Assembly: GCA_032161505.1 (NCBI GenBank)
Contig: JAVKTG010000002.1
Direction: 5' to 3' (one strand)
Origin: Candidatus Caldisaccharidevorator sinensis
GTDB taxonomy: Bacteria; Armatimonadota; Fervidibacteria; Fervidibacterales; Fervidibacteraceae
DNA length: 64,000 nt
Positions 7,804 to 16,738 of this stretch are shown one piece after another. Made by a program: the position numbers and the translations under genes. Numbering within the stretch: the stretch's first letter is position 1; the number at the start of each line of letters is the position of its first letter. A model generated the notes under the pieces. It was not told the DNA's origin. It did no database searches and worked only from the letters and a program-made list of their open reading frames with translations.

Positions 7804-10800
7804 GTGGGTTGTGAAATGGGGCGACGATCCCTTCCGGTCGTTTTTTACTTCCTAGTGACTATGGTTTCCGCCGGCAACGGGCAGTTGACCAACGGCGGAT
7901 TTGAAGAGATCGGTCCCGATCGGTTTCCGGTCGGGTGGTCGGGTTTCTCATCCGATCCGTCTACTTCCATCATCCGGATCACCACTGATTCGGTGGAAGG
8001 GCGTTTCGCGCTCTACATGGAGGCGACAAAGGAAGGGACGGTCGGTCTCAATCGCTTTTACCGTGCCACACCCGGCACGCCGACACAGGAGATCGGATTC
8101 CTTCTTCCGTTCAAGAAGGGTGCCCTGATTTTCCGCTACAAACTGCTCAAATCCGCCGGAGACAATGTGAGGATGTATGTCATCCCGATGAAAGACGATA
8201 ATGTAGAAGGGGGAGGGGACCGAGCGGTCTATGTCCTTCCCCAAGCCTTCGCCGGCGACAATAAATGGCACACGGGCGTTTTAGCCTTTAATTACGCCGA
8301 CCGCCCTCAGGTCGCCCGCATTCAGATCGGCGCCCGAATCAATGAAGGGGGGCGCCCTGGTCCCGGTGCGGTGATCTTTGACGATTTAAAGCTGGTGGAG
8401 GCAGCCGGCTGGCACCTGCGCCTTGCCGGTATCCGAGTGGACGAAGGGATAAAGCCGGGTGTGGAAGGGACTTTTTCCGTACTGCTTCACAACACCGGCG
8501 ACGCTCCGGCACCCGTTCAGGCTTACCTGACCCCACCGGCACCGGTCAGAGGAGAACGTCTCCGGCAGCCACCTTCCATTGACCCCGGCACCGTCGCCCC
8601 TGTTTCTTGGCGGCTCATCGGCAGTCGGAAAACAGGAACCCGAGCCACCATCCAATGGGATTCAGGTCCGTCCCAAACGGAGACGGTTTCCCATACTTTT
8701 TCAGCCCGACTGGACTTAAAGTCCCTCTCCTTCTCGAGCGCCGTCCTCTTCAGGGGCGCCCGATATCAACTGCGACTGCATCTTTTCAACGAAGGCGATG
8801 CCGTTCTGGAGGGACTGCCCATTCGGCTCACCGTCTCCGACGCGCTGCGGCTCGTTGAAGGTCCTCCCCTTCAGACCTTGCCCCTTTTGACTCCGGGAGC
8901 CACCGTCCTGTCTTGGACAGTTGAGCCCCGACGGATAGGCGAGGTTCAGGCGAAAGCCGAGATCGGCGGCGGTCCGGGCACCTTCCCCATCGGCTGCCGA
9001 GCCCTCGTCTCCCAGACCATCAACCTCAAATCCCAATCCACTCTATTAGTCTCGTCCCGAAAGGTTCGGCTTTTACTTCCCAAAAACGATTTCGGCTACG
9101 GCGTCATCAGCGTGGAGGTTCTTAAGGACGGTCAGTGGAAACCGATGGCACTGTCGCCCCAATTCCTCTTGATCCGCTATCAAGATGTCCGCCGGCGCGA
9201 CATCACCCGCCCTATCACTTCCCAGCAGCCCGTGACCCAGCCGGACGGGACCGTCCAGTTCCCATTCAGTTGGCAGGACAGGGACGACGGAGCCGTTTGG
9301 TCGGGTCAGATCAGCTTCCGACCTGACGGCGACTCGATCGTCGTCTCGTGGGATGTGAGACTGGACAAGAAGAAGCCGATCATCGGCATTCAGGGTCCCG
9401 TCTTCTTCGTCGGCGACAACCATTTCGGTTCCCGAAAGGACGCGGCCCTGCTTCCTGGTGTCTACTGGCTGATGAAGGATGAGACGAGCCGGGACATCCG
9501 CTTTACCGATCCCCCCCATCACCTTCACATCGTTCCCCATCCGTACAAACTGACCCAACCGATGATGGTCCTATCAGAAGGCGGCGCCTATTTTGGTCTC
9601 CTATGGGATCCCCTGCAGAACTGGACCGAAGGGGAAGGTCAAGGCGCCCAGACCGGTCTCTGCCCTCAACCTCTCTTCGCATCCCCCAACCATCTCTCCG
9701 ACCAGGACAATCATCTGATCGGTCTGATGGTCCCCAATGTCCCCGCCTGGTTGGAAGAAAACAAGCCCTGGGCGACCCGACCGATCACCAACAATGCCTA
9801 CCGCTTGACAGCCCGCATCGTCGGCGGATCGGGAGACGTTCTGAGTGCCTACGAAGACTTTTTCACCTACTTCTCCCTTCCCCCTGTGCCGCCCTTTCAG
9901 CCGGAAGAGGTCTTCACCCGGAGCCAGGCGGAGCCCCAACCGCCCCGGTTCGGTCGGCTCCTTTCCTGGTTGACGTCGGCGCGCGTAGCCGCTTTAGACG
10001 ACGTCAGGAGCCAGAGAGAGGACGGTTCCTGGGGCTATGTTCGGGACCCCAACTTCACCATCCCCAACCTCGCTAAATTTGCCCCCCATCGCTCCTTAGA
10101 CGAGTATGGGAAGGAAGGGGATACAACGGTCGGCACCTGCACCTTTGTCAACAGAAGGGCGATGGCTCTGCTCCGGTATGCCCGACTGACGGGATCGGAC
10201 TGGGCGAGGAAAGCAGCGATCAAGGCTTTGCACTTTATTGACCGAAACTTCTTACGCCCGGAAGGCGCTCAGACATGGGAAATCCCCCTCCACTGCCCTG
10301 ATGTCCTCGCCTCCGCCAACGCCATCACCGCTTATTTGGAGGGATGGACCCTGACGGGCGATCTGCACTACCTTCAGGGCGCCGTCTATTGGGCTCGGAC
10401 CGGTCTCCCCTTCATCTATCTCTGGCATCCCCCCGATCGCCCGACGATGATGCTCTTCGCCTCTATCCCGGTCTTCGGCACCAGTTTCTTCACAGCCGCA
10501 CCCTGGTTCGGCACCCCTGTTCAGTGGAACGGTCTGGACTACGCCTACAGCCTCCTCAAACTGGCGAAGGCACTGGAGACGGTGCGACCAACAAAAGACC
10601 GCTGGTTCGATCCCCAATTTTGGAGACAGTTGGCAGAAGGAATCACCGTTTGCGGTGCTCACATGCAAGCCGCCGTCCGACATCCGAAAGGTTTTTATCC
10701 CGATAGCGTCTCCTTGACTTTCTCCTACCGCCCCAACGACCCCGGAGTCATCCCTCCCCACGGCATCGTCCGCAACCTCTGGTTCCTTCTCAACCAAGCA

Positions 10801-11586
10801 CAGGACCCAGAGGACTACGAGACGAAGGTTTTGGTTCAGGGCGATGCCTCCCTTCACATCACTACCGAAGCCTTTTTGCAGGATGCCCGGCTGTCCGACG
10901 GAATCGCCTCCTTCACCATCTTAAGCCCGCCAACCGACCGGGAACTGATCACGCTGGTCACACCGTTGGAAAAACCGGCAAAAGTCTCCCTTGCCGGTAG
11001 GGAACTACCTCTTCTGATCGGTAATGCTCGGGGTCCGGGATGGCGCTACCGAGCCGACCGGGCGATGGTGGAGATCAGGATCGCCGGCATTCAAGGGACG
11101 GTGACATGCGTTCTCTTCGGCGTCCGCATCGTCTCACCGCCGAGGGAAAGAGTCTGGGAGAGACCCGTTTGGAACTTTGATACCGACGACGATCCGGAGG
11201 ATTGGACCGTCGCCTACGATCTGACCGAACCCCTCGTCTCAAACGGGACGATGAAACTGACATCGACAGGTTTCGACCCTTATTTCCACAGCCCACCGAT
11301 CCAAGTAGACGCCACTTCCGTCCGCACCCTTGTGATCCGAGCCCGTTTTTACTTTCCTCCGGGAACGGTCCCCGACGGTCAGGTTTTCTGGATCCGCACG
11401 GATGACCCGAACTGGACCGAAAGCAAGAGCCTCCACTTCCCTTTGCCTACTGACGGACAATGGGCAGAGATCCGGAGGGATCTGTCCACTTCACCGGAGT
11501 GGAAAGGGACCGTCACTCAGATTCGCCTGGACCCCGGATCGGGCACCGGGATAGAGGTGGAAATTGACTCTATCCGGCTAGAGTAG
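7804..11586 (+). CDS. Large secreted protein (1260 aa) with an N-terminal CBM4/9-like module and a C-terminal beta-sandwich-like domain; putative glycan-binding/CAZyme-like protein
   Basis: Signal peptide (SLPVVFYFLVTMVSAG). Immediately afterwards comes NGGFEEIG..FPVGWSG, the hallmark opening of CBM_4_9 modules. There is a long uninterrupted ORF, and the C-terminal ~150 aa (WNFDTDDDPEDW...IEVEIDSIRLE) resembles CBM-type sandwiches. Confidence 0.7.
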   Translation: MGCEMGRRSLPVVFYFLVTMVSAGNGQLTNGGFEEIGPDRFPVGWSGFSSDPSTSIIRITTDSVEGRFALYMEATKEGTVGLNRFYRATPGTPTQEIGFLLPFKKGALIFRYKLLKSAGDNVRMYVIPMKDDNVEGGGDRAVYVLPQAFAGDNKWHTGVLAFNYADRPQVARIQIGARINEGGRPGPGAVIFDDLKLVEAAGWHLRLAGIRVDEGIKPGVEGTFSVLLHNTGDAPAPVQAYLTPPAPVRGERLRQPPSIDPGTVAPVSWRLIGSRKTGTRATIQWDSGPSQTETVSHTFSARLDLKSLSFSSAVLFRGARYQLRLHLFNEGDAVLEGLPIRLTVSDALRLVEGPPLQTLPLLTPGATVLSWTVEPRRIGEVQAKAEIGGGPGTFPIGCRALVSQTINLKSQSTLLVSSRKVRLLLPKNDFGYGVISVEVLKDGQWKPMALSPQFLLIRYQDVRRRDITRPITSQQPVTQPDGTVQFPFSWQDRDDGAVWSGQISFRPDGDSIVVSWDVRLDKKKPIIGIQGPVFFVGDNHFGSRKDAALLPGVYWLMKDETSRDIRFTDPPHHLHIVPHPYKLTQPMMVLSEGGAYFGLLWDPLQNWTEGEGQGAQTGLCPQPLFASPNHLSDQDNHLIGLMVPNVPAWLEENKPWATRPITNNAYRLTARIVGGSGDVLSAYEDFFTYFSLPPVPPFQPEEVFTRSQAEPQPPRFGRLLSWLTSARVAALDDVRSQREDGSWGYVRDPNFTIPNLAKFAPHRSLDEYGKEGDTTVGTCTFVNRRAMALLRYARLTGSDWARKAAIKALHFIDRNFLRPEGAQTWEIPLHCPDVLASANAITAYLEGWTLTGDLHYLQGAVYWARTGLPFIYLWHPPDRPTMMLFASIPVFGTSFFTAAPWFGTPVQWNGLDYAYSLLKLAKALETVRPTKDRWFDPQFWRQLAEGITVCGAHMQAAVRHPKGFYPDSVSLTFSYRPNDPGVIPPHGIVRNLWFLLNQAQDPEDYETKVLVQGDASLHITTEAFLQDARLSDGIASFTILSPPTDRELITLVTPLEKPAKVSLAGRELPLLIGNARGPGWRYRADRAMVEIRIAGIQGTVTCVLFGVRIVSPPRERVWERPVWNFDTDDDPEDWTVAYDLTEPLVSNGTMKLTSTGFDPYFHSPPIQVDATSVRTLVIRARFYFPPGTVPDGQVFWIRTDDPNWTESKSLHFPLPTDGQWAEIRRDLSTSPEWKGTVTQIRLDPGSGTGIEVEIDSIRLE

Positions 11587-11589
11587 AAC

Positions 11590-12462
11590 CTATTGCCCGG
11601 GCGTCTGAGGCACAGGACCAGGCGGTTGGGGTTGCGGTCCTCCAGGACCACCACCCGGCGGTCCAGCGGGCGGTCCGAACTGTTTCTGCTCGACCACTTT
11701 GAACCCTGCGGGGGGCGTATAGGCGAAATAATTAGCAGGTAGTTTCGGATTCTTCACGATTTGGTGGAATACCATAACGATCGTCACAGACCCCTTGCCC
11801 GTCGGAACTGGAGTCGGACCTCTCCCCTGCCCCTCGCCTCTGGGTCCGCCCATCGGCAGTCCCGTCATCGTCATCTTCATCTGCTTGACGGTGTCATCGT
11901 CTATCCAGAGGTCCATCGTCGGACCGTCCTTGAGGGTGAGCCGGACGATCCGGCACACCTGCCCGCCGATTCTCTCCTTCCCGACAAACTTAGCAGAAGC
12001 GACGTGTTTCAGGCTCTCTTCAGACAAGGCGAAGGAACTGGGATCGGCGCCGGGAAAGCCCATCCCGATCCCTGAGGGCATCTTTCCGGTCTTTGGGAAC
12101 GGCATTTTAATTACTTGTTTCATAGGGGGGATTTCAATGTAAAGGTTCTGCCCGTCCGAGACGACGACCTGCTTCATCTTCCCGCCCTTAGGATCTCCCG
12201 GAATTGGCATCTCCATCGTCATCCGGAACTTATCCGGCCTCTGAAAGGTCAGACCCATCGGCATCGCCATCTTCATTTCCATTCCTTCGCCCTGCATCGT
12301 CATATTCATCGTGACCATCATTCGGAAGGTTTGGACCTTCTCCCACGTCTTCGCCACAGACTTGAGGAAGCTGATCGCGTCGTCCTGAGCCCTCGCCCAG
12401 GAGGATAGAAGAAGAAGCACCATTGCTGCACCCGCCCAGCGCCCTAACGCCATCCGAATCAC
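11590..12462 (-). CDS. LolA-like periplasmic protein with a Met-rich segment and a Pro/Gly-rich C-terminal tail
   Basis: Signal peptide MIRMALGRWAGAAMVLLLLSSWARAQ. Methionine-dense block MMVTMNMTMQGEGMEMKMAMPMG...RMTMEMPIPG. C-terminal tail GPPAGPPGGGPGGPQPQPPGPVPQTPGQ. The overall pattern resembles the LolA/outer-membrane-lipoprotein-carrier-like fold family. Confidence 0.6.
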   Translation of the reverse strand: MIRMALGRWAGAAMVLLLLSSWARAQDDAISFLKSVAKTWEKVQTFRMMVTMNMTMQGEGMEMKMAMPMGLTFQRPDKFRMTMEMPIPGDPKGGKMKQVVVSDGQNLYIEIPPMKQVIKMPFPKTGKMPSGIGMGFPGADPSSFALSEESLKHVASAKFVGKERIGGQVCRIVRLTLKDGPTMDLWIDDDTVKQMKMTMTGLPMGGPRGEGQGRGPTPVPTGKGSVTIVMVFHQIVKNPKLPANYFAYTPPAGFKVVEQKQFGPPAGPPGGGPGGPQPQPPGPVPQTPGQ

Positions 12463-12703
12463 TCCTTAACTCCTCCGTGATACCGATAGTTTAGCGCCCC
12501 TTTGTTCGTCGTGAGGGATGGAGCGCACGGGAGTGCCGTTAAAATCGAGATGCCACTTTTCTGGCGCTGCGCGGCTGACGGCGCGTGGGGAAGCGTAGGG
12601 AAGGGCGGGGAGCTGGCGAGGTTTTGGGGTGGGTCGGGAGGTGAGCCCCAGGGGGGTGGCTCCCCGCCTCTTCTATTCAGCTTCCTGTTTTCTTTCCTCC
12701 TCT

Positions 12704-12780
12704 TGGTTGCGGGGGCGGGACTTGAACCCGCGACCTCCGGGTTATGAGCCCGGCGAGCTACCGACCTGCTCCACCCCGCG
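12704..12780 (-). tRNA. Initiator tRNA-fMet (anticodon CAU), CCA encoded
   Basis: Minus-strand sequence CGCGGGGUGGAGCAGGUCGGUAGCUCGCCGGGCUCAUAACCCGGAGGUCGCGGGUUCAAGUCCCGCCCCCGCAACCA. It forms a cloverleaf with D-stem GAGC/GCUC and T-stem GCGGG/CCCGC. Initiator hallmarks are present: the anticodon stem ends in three G-C pairs (GGG/CCC), and position 1 is a C1xA72 mismatch. Confidence 0.92.
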
Positions 12781-12794
12781 TCCTCCTTAACTAA

Positions 12795-12822
12795 ATTATA
12801 GACCACAATCCTCCGCCGTCAA
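12795..12822 (-). promoter_or_regulatory. Consensus sigma70-type promoter for the tRNA-fMet gene
   Basis: Minus-strand TTGACG, 16 nt, TATAAT, then about 15 nt to the tRNA 5' end. It lies immediately downstream of the gmhA stop. Confidence 0.6.
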
Positions 12823-12826
12823 TAGT

Positions 12827-13444
12827 TCAGCCTCTCTTCTCGTCCCCTTCCTGTCTATCAGGGAAAGACCGATCGATCTCCTGACAGAGAAAGTGAAGGA
12901 TGATTAGATGGGCTTCCTGAATCTGGTCCGTCTCCTCTGCCGGCACCCGGATGACCAGATCCGCCCAGTCTCCGTCAGGGCACCGAGCCCCAGTCAGCAA
13001 CACGGTCATCGCTCCCCTCTGTCTCCCGGCTTGCAATCCTTTAAGCACATTCGCCGACCGACCGCTGGTGCTCAGACCGATGACCAGATCCCCCGTCCGG
13101 GCCAGACCGTCCACTTGCCGGGAGAACACCTGTTCAAAACCGTAGTCGTTGCCAACGGCGGTCACGGTAGCCGGATCGCCGACCAGGGCAACAGCCCGCA
13201 GGCTCCCCCTCTCTTTCTTAAACCGCCCTAACAGTTCTCCTGAAAAATGCAAGGCTTGAGCAGCGCTCCCTCCGTTGCCAAAGATTAGGATGGTGCCCCC
13301 TCGCTTCAAGCGGTTGAGGACCTCCTGAGTCAGGAGTGCCACGACATCGGCAACGGCCTCGCAGGAACGGATCACCTGCGCCGACTCCTTCACTTTCGTC
13401 TCAAACCGTTCCTTCACCCAACCCCCGTCGTTTCCCCTTTCCAT
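12827..13444 (-). CDS. gmhA: D-sedoheptulose 7-phosphate isomerase (SIS domain phosphoheptose isomerase)
   Basis: SIS-domain motifs GGTILIFGNGGSAAQALHFSGEL and LVIGLSTSGRSANVL, with length as for GmhA. The start is uncertain: the ORF track starts at 13465, while MERGND at 13444 fits GmhA length better. Confidence 0.8.
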   Translation of the reverse strand: MERGNDGGWVKERFETKVKESAQVIRSCEAVADVVALLTQEVLNRLKRGGTILIFGNGGSAAQALHFSGELLGRFKKERGSLRAVALVGDPATVTAVGNDYGFEQVFSRQVDGLARTGDLVIGLSTSGRSANVLKGLQAGRQRGAMTVLLTGARCPDGDWADLVIRVPAEETDQIQEAHLIILHFLCQEIDRSFPDRQEGDEKRG

Positions 13445-14325
13445 CGGTCGTGAAGCCACCACCATTGCTCGGGCACCTTGCGAATCTCCCTTTCCAGTTC
13501 CCGGCAGAAGGTCTGGGTCGCCTCTTCCACCTGGGAGGGGGCGACCCGTATCGGCTCCTTAAGAATGACCCGATGGGTCCCGCCTTCCAGCCGATGGGTG
13601 AAACCGAAGACCAAGAAGGACCGAGCCCTTGCGCTGAGAAGAGCCGGGGTCTTGTAAAAGACCGCTCTCCTTCCGAAAAAGGATACCGTTACCGCTCCCC
13701 GATCCGCACCCGGATTCTGATCCGCCAGAATCCCCAAAACTTCCCCTCTCCGCAGAACAGACAGACCCGCTGACAGGGAACCCAACTTTTCCAGTACCTT
13801 CATGCCCAGTTTCTCTCTGATCCCTTTCACTAAACCCCAAACGGGCGGATTTTGGGGTCGGGCGATGATCCAGAGGGGAAGCCTTTGAGCCACGGCAGCG
13901 CCCATCAACTCAAAATTCCCCAAATGACCGGTCGCAATCACCAAGCCCCGGCCTTCTTTTACGATTTTCTCGCAGACCTCTAGCCCCTCAACCTTCACCC
14001 GCTTCAGACCGCCCTTAGGATCCGACCCTAATTTCAGGAACTCCAGGGCAGTAAGAACGGTGTGGTGGAATGTCTTTTGCACCAGTTCCTCTCGTTCTCT
14101 CCCTTGTAACCCCAGCGCCAGACCGATGTTATGAGAAGCGATCACTCGCCGATGAATCCAGAACTGATACAGGATCCGACTGAACACGGATGCTATATAG
14201 GGAAGTCGGGACCAAGAGCACCGGTCGGTTAGCCACACGATTAGCGGGACGAGGACGCCGCCCATCGGCTGCAACCAGCGGCTTTTCATCCGTCTTTCCT
14301 CTCTCTCTCCGGAGAACGACGACAC
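13414..14325 (-). CDS. Lipid A biosynthesis (Kdo2-lipid IVA) late acyltransferase, LpxL/LpxM (HtrB) family
   Basis: 303 aa with an N-terminal membrane anchor. The C-terminal EQWWWLHDRWK matches the conserved LpxL end (EQYMWLHRRFK in E. coli). Length and architecture fit the lysophospholipid acyltransferase superfamily. Confidence 0.7.
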   Translation of the reverse strand: MSSFSGEREERRMKSRWLQPMGGVLVPLIVWLTDRCSWSRLPYIASVFSRILYQFWIHRRVIASHNIGLALGLQGREREELVQKTFHHTVLTALEFLKLGSDPKGGLKRVKVEGLEVCEKIVKEGRGLVIATGHLGNFELMGAAVAQRLPLWIIARPQNPPVWGLVKGIREKLGMKVLEKLGSLSAGLSVLRRGEVLGILADQNPGADRGAVTVSFFGRRAVFYKTPALLSARARSFLVFGFTHRLEGGTHRVILKEPIRVAPSQVEEATQTFCRELEREIRKVPEQWWWLHDRWKGETTGVG

Positions 14326-15314
14326 GCCCGTTCTATTGCCTCCTTAACCGATTCTTCCCCAAATATCCATCTCAAGGTCACCGTCAGTTTCAAAAGGGGT
14401 ATGGGAAGATCCCACAATCGGTCCAGTTTCACTTGATCTTTTCCTGTCACCACCACACCCTCGGCGCCCGACCGCCTCGCCTCTTCCCTGATTGGCAGCA
14501 GATCCCCGACCCTAAATTGATGGTGATCGGGGAAAGCGAGAACCGTTAACAATCGGCATCCCGTCCGCATAACGGTATCAGCGAAATAAAAAGGATCGCT
14601 GACGCTGGTGACGCCGATCAATTTCGCCCCGCCCCATTTTTCTAACGGATCGTAAACAAAACCCCCAACCACAGGCACGCCACCGGACCAACTTTCCAAC
14701 GGTCCGATAAGCCGATCCCCAACGTCGCCCGTTAGTTTGCTCAAAACGATCACATTTGCCCTCTTGAGGGAGTCCAGGGGCTCGCGCAGAAGGGGATAAT
14801 CGGGTCGCACCGGCACCGTTGCGTCCCAAAGGACGATATCACAATCTCTCATCAGCCGCCGATACTGAAACCCGTCGTCCAGAACCAAAACTTCCGCTCC
14901 CTCTCTGACCGCCCGTCGCCCGGACGCCACCCGGTCCCGATCGCCGTAGACCCGCCAGCCCTGCCGACCGTGCTCCTCTACCTCGTCCCCCTTCTCTTGC
15001 ACAGGTGTCAAGAGAGCCGGTTGCCGTCCCAGTCCTTTCACCCGGTCGCAGATCCACCGGGAGAAGGGGCTCTTCCCGGACCCACCCAGAATCAGGTTGC
15101 CGACGCTGATCACCGCAGCGGGCAGCCGGACGGGCTCTCTCGGCCGCAATCCGTTGCGAACTTGCGCCCACCTCCATCCGGCGTCTCTGACGATCCGAAG
15201 GGAATGCCAGCGACCGTCCCGAACGGCCTGCTTCACCCATCCCTCAACCGCTCCCCTCCATCCGCCCATCCAACGAATCAAATTCCAGTAATCCTGCCGG
15301 TCGATCTCAATCAT
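14286..15314 (-). CDS. lpxK: Tetraacyldisaccharide 4'-kinase
   Basis: P-loop VISVGNLILGGSGKSPF (the LpxK GNLxxGGxGKTP motif) and a downstream FPDHHQF motif. Confidence 0.8.
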   Translation of the reverse strand: MIEIDRQDYWNLIRWMGGWRGAVEGWVKQAVRDGRWHSLRIVRDAGWRWAQVRNGLRPREPVRLPAAVISVGNLILGGSGKSPFSRWICDRVKGLGRQPALLTPVQEKGDEVEEHGRQGWRVYGDRDRVASGRRAVREGAEVLVLDDGFQYRRLMRDCDIVLWDATVPVRPDYPLLREPLDSLKRANVIVLSKLTGDVGDRLIGPLESWSGGVPVVGGFVYDPLEKWGGAKLIGVTSVSDPFYFADTVMRTGCRLLTVLAFPDHHQFRVGDLLPIREEARRSGAEGVVVTGKDQVKLDRLWDLPIPLLKLTVTLRWIFGEESVKEAIERACRRSPERERKDG

Positions 15315-16653
15315 TTCTTTTCTGCTGTCGTCGCTTTGCCTCCATCAGGACCTCAACTCGAGCGACGACCCTGTCCGTAGCGCCCCTGTGCCGGGAAAGC
15401 AGTTGCCTCGCTCTGATGGCAATCTCCGTCCTCATGTGTTCCGAAGTCAAGAGCTCGTCAACGACGCGCGTCAGGTCCGCCCCATTGCGGACGAGAAAAC
15501 CGCCGCCACTGGCGACCAGCTCTCTCCCGTGAAACCGAAAGTTGTCAATATAAGGACCAAAGAGGACGGGCACCCCGAAGAAGGTGGGTTCCATCAGATT
15601 GTGCCCGCCTCGGGGGACCAAACTCCCTCCGACGAAACTCACCGTCGCCGTCCCGTAGACTTGCGCCAGTTCTCCCACCGTGTTCAAAATCACAACCTTC
15701 GCCTCGCCGTCCCTTCCTTTGTCCACCTCCGTCCTCAGCCGTCCCTTCAGCCCGAATTTCCGGACCAGTTCCCGCACCTCTTCCGCCCGGTCAATGTGAC
15801 GGGGTGCAACGATCAAGCGAAGGGAAGGAAACTTCCTGACCAGTTCCCGATACGATCTGAAAAGAATTTCCTCTTCACCCGGATGGGTGCTGCCAGCGAC
15901 GAAAACCAAATCATCTGGTGCGATCCCGAGGCTTTGCCGCAATGCCGAAAGATGCCTTCCCGACCCTGGCTCCACGCGATCCAGTTTGAGATCCCCAGTC
16001 ACCTCAATCGGTAGGGGATCTCCGGTGATTTCTACCAACCTCTGCCGGTCGTCATCGGTCCGCATCAGGCAAAGGTCCAAATGGGAGAGGAGCCATCGGT
16101 AAACCCATTTGCCGGGACCACGACGGGCCCGGGCATACGTCGCATCGGAGATCCGACCATTGACCCAAACGGTCCCAACGTCCCACCGCTTCGCCGAGTG
16201 CAGTAAGTTTCCCCAAAGCTCCGTTTCTATCAGTAAGAGAGCATCGGGACCGATCCGTCTCATTGCCCAGTCGGGGAACGGCCACAGGTCAAAGGGGAGA
16301 AAGAAGACCTCATCGGCTGCTGCCGCCGCCTTCCGAGCGGTCTGGCGCCCCGTCGCCGTGACGGTCGTTACGAGGATGAAGGCGTCCGGCCACCGTTTCC
16401 TGAGGCCGATCAGGAGCCGACTCGCCGTCATCATTTCCCCGACGGAGACAGCGTGGACCCAAAAGCGCGGCTGCCGACCGTCACACCTTGAGGTTAGGGG
16501 GAACCGACCCGTCCACTCCCGAAGGGCTTTCCAGGAAGTTCCCGACCGAAGGCGCCGCAGCCCATACCAGCCAAAGGCGGGGCTAACGACCCAGCCCAAG
16601 AGAACGTAAGTCCACCATACGCCTTTCTTGCAGGGACATCCCGACATCAGCAC
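15307..16653 (-). CDS. waaA: 3-deoxy-D-manno-octulosonic acid (Kdo) transferase
   Basis: N-terminal RFWVHAVSVGEMMTASRLL (the WaaA/KdtA signature HxxSxGE), a GT-B C-terminal half, and about 440 aa. Confidence 0.85.
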   Translation of the reverse strand: MLMSGCPCKKGVWWTYVLLGWVVSPAFGWYGLRRLRSGTSWKALREWTGRFPLTSRCDGRQPRFWVHAVSVGEMMTASRLLIGLRKRWPDAFILVTTVTATGRQTARKAAAAADEVFFLPFDLWPFPDWAMRRIGPDALLLIETELWGNLLHSAKRWDVGTVWVNGRISDATYARARRGPGKWVYRWLLSHLDLCLMRTDDDRQRLVEITGDPLPIEVTGDLKLDRVEPGSGRHLSALRQSLGIAPDDLVFVAGSTHPGEEEILFRSYRELVRKFPSLRLIVAPRHIDRAEEVRELVRKFGLKGRLRTEVDKGRDGEAKVVILNTVGELAQVYGTATVSFVGGSLVPRGGHNLMEPTFFGVPVLFGPYIDNFRFHGRELVASGGGFLVRNGADLTRVVDELLTSEHMRTEIAIRARQLLSRHRGATDRVVARVEVLMEAKRRQQKRND

Positions 16654-16738
16654 CCGTCTCCTGATGACAGATTTTGAAAGAGGAAAGAGAAAGGCGACAG
16701 CCCACCGACCGCCGGCATAGAAGGAAAGGAGGGAACCC

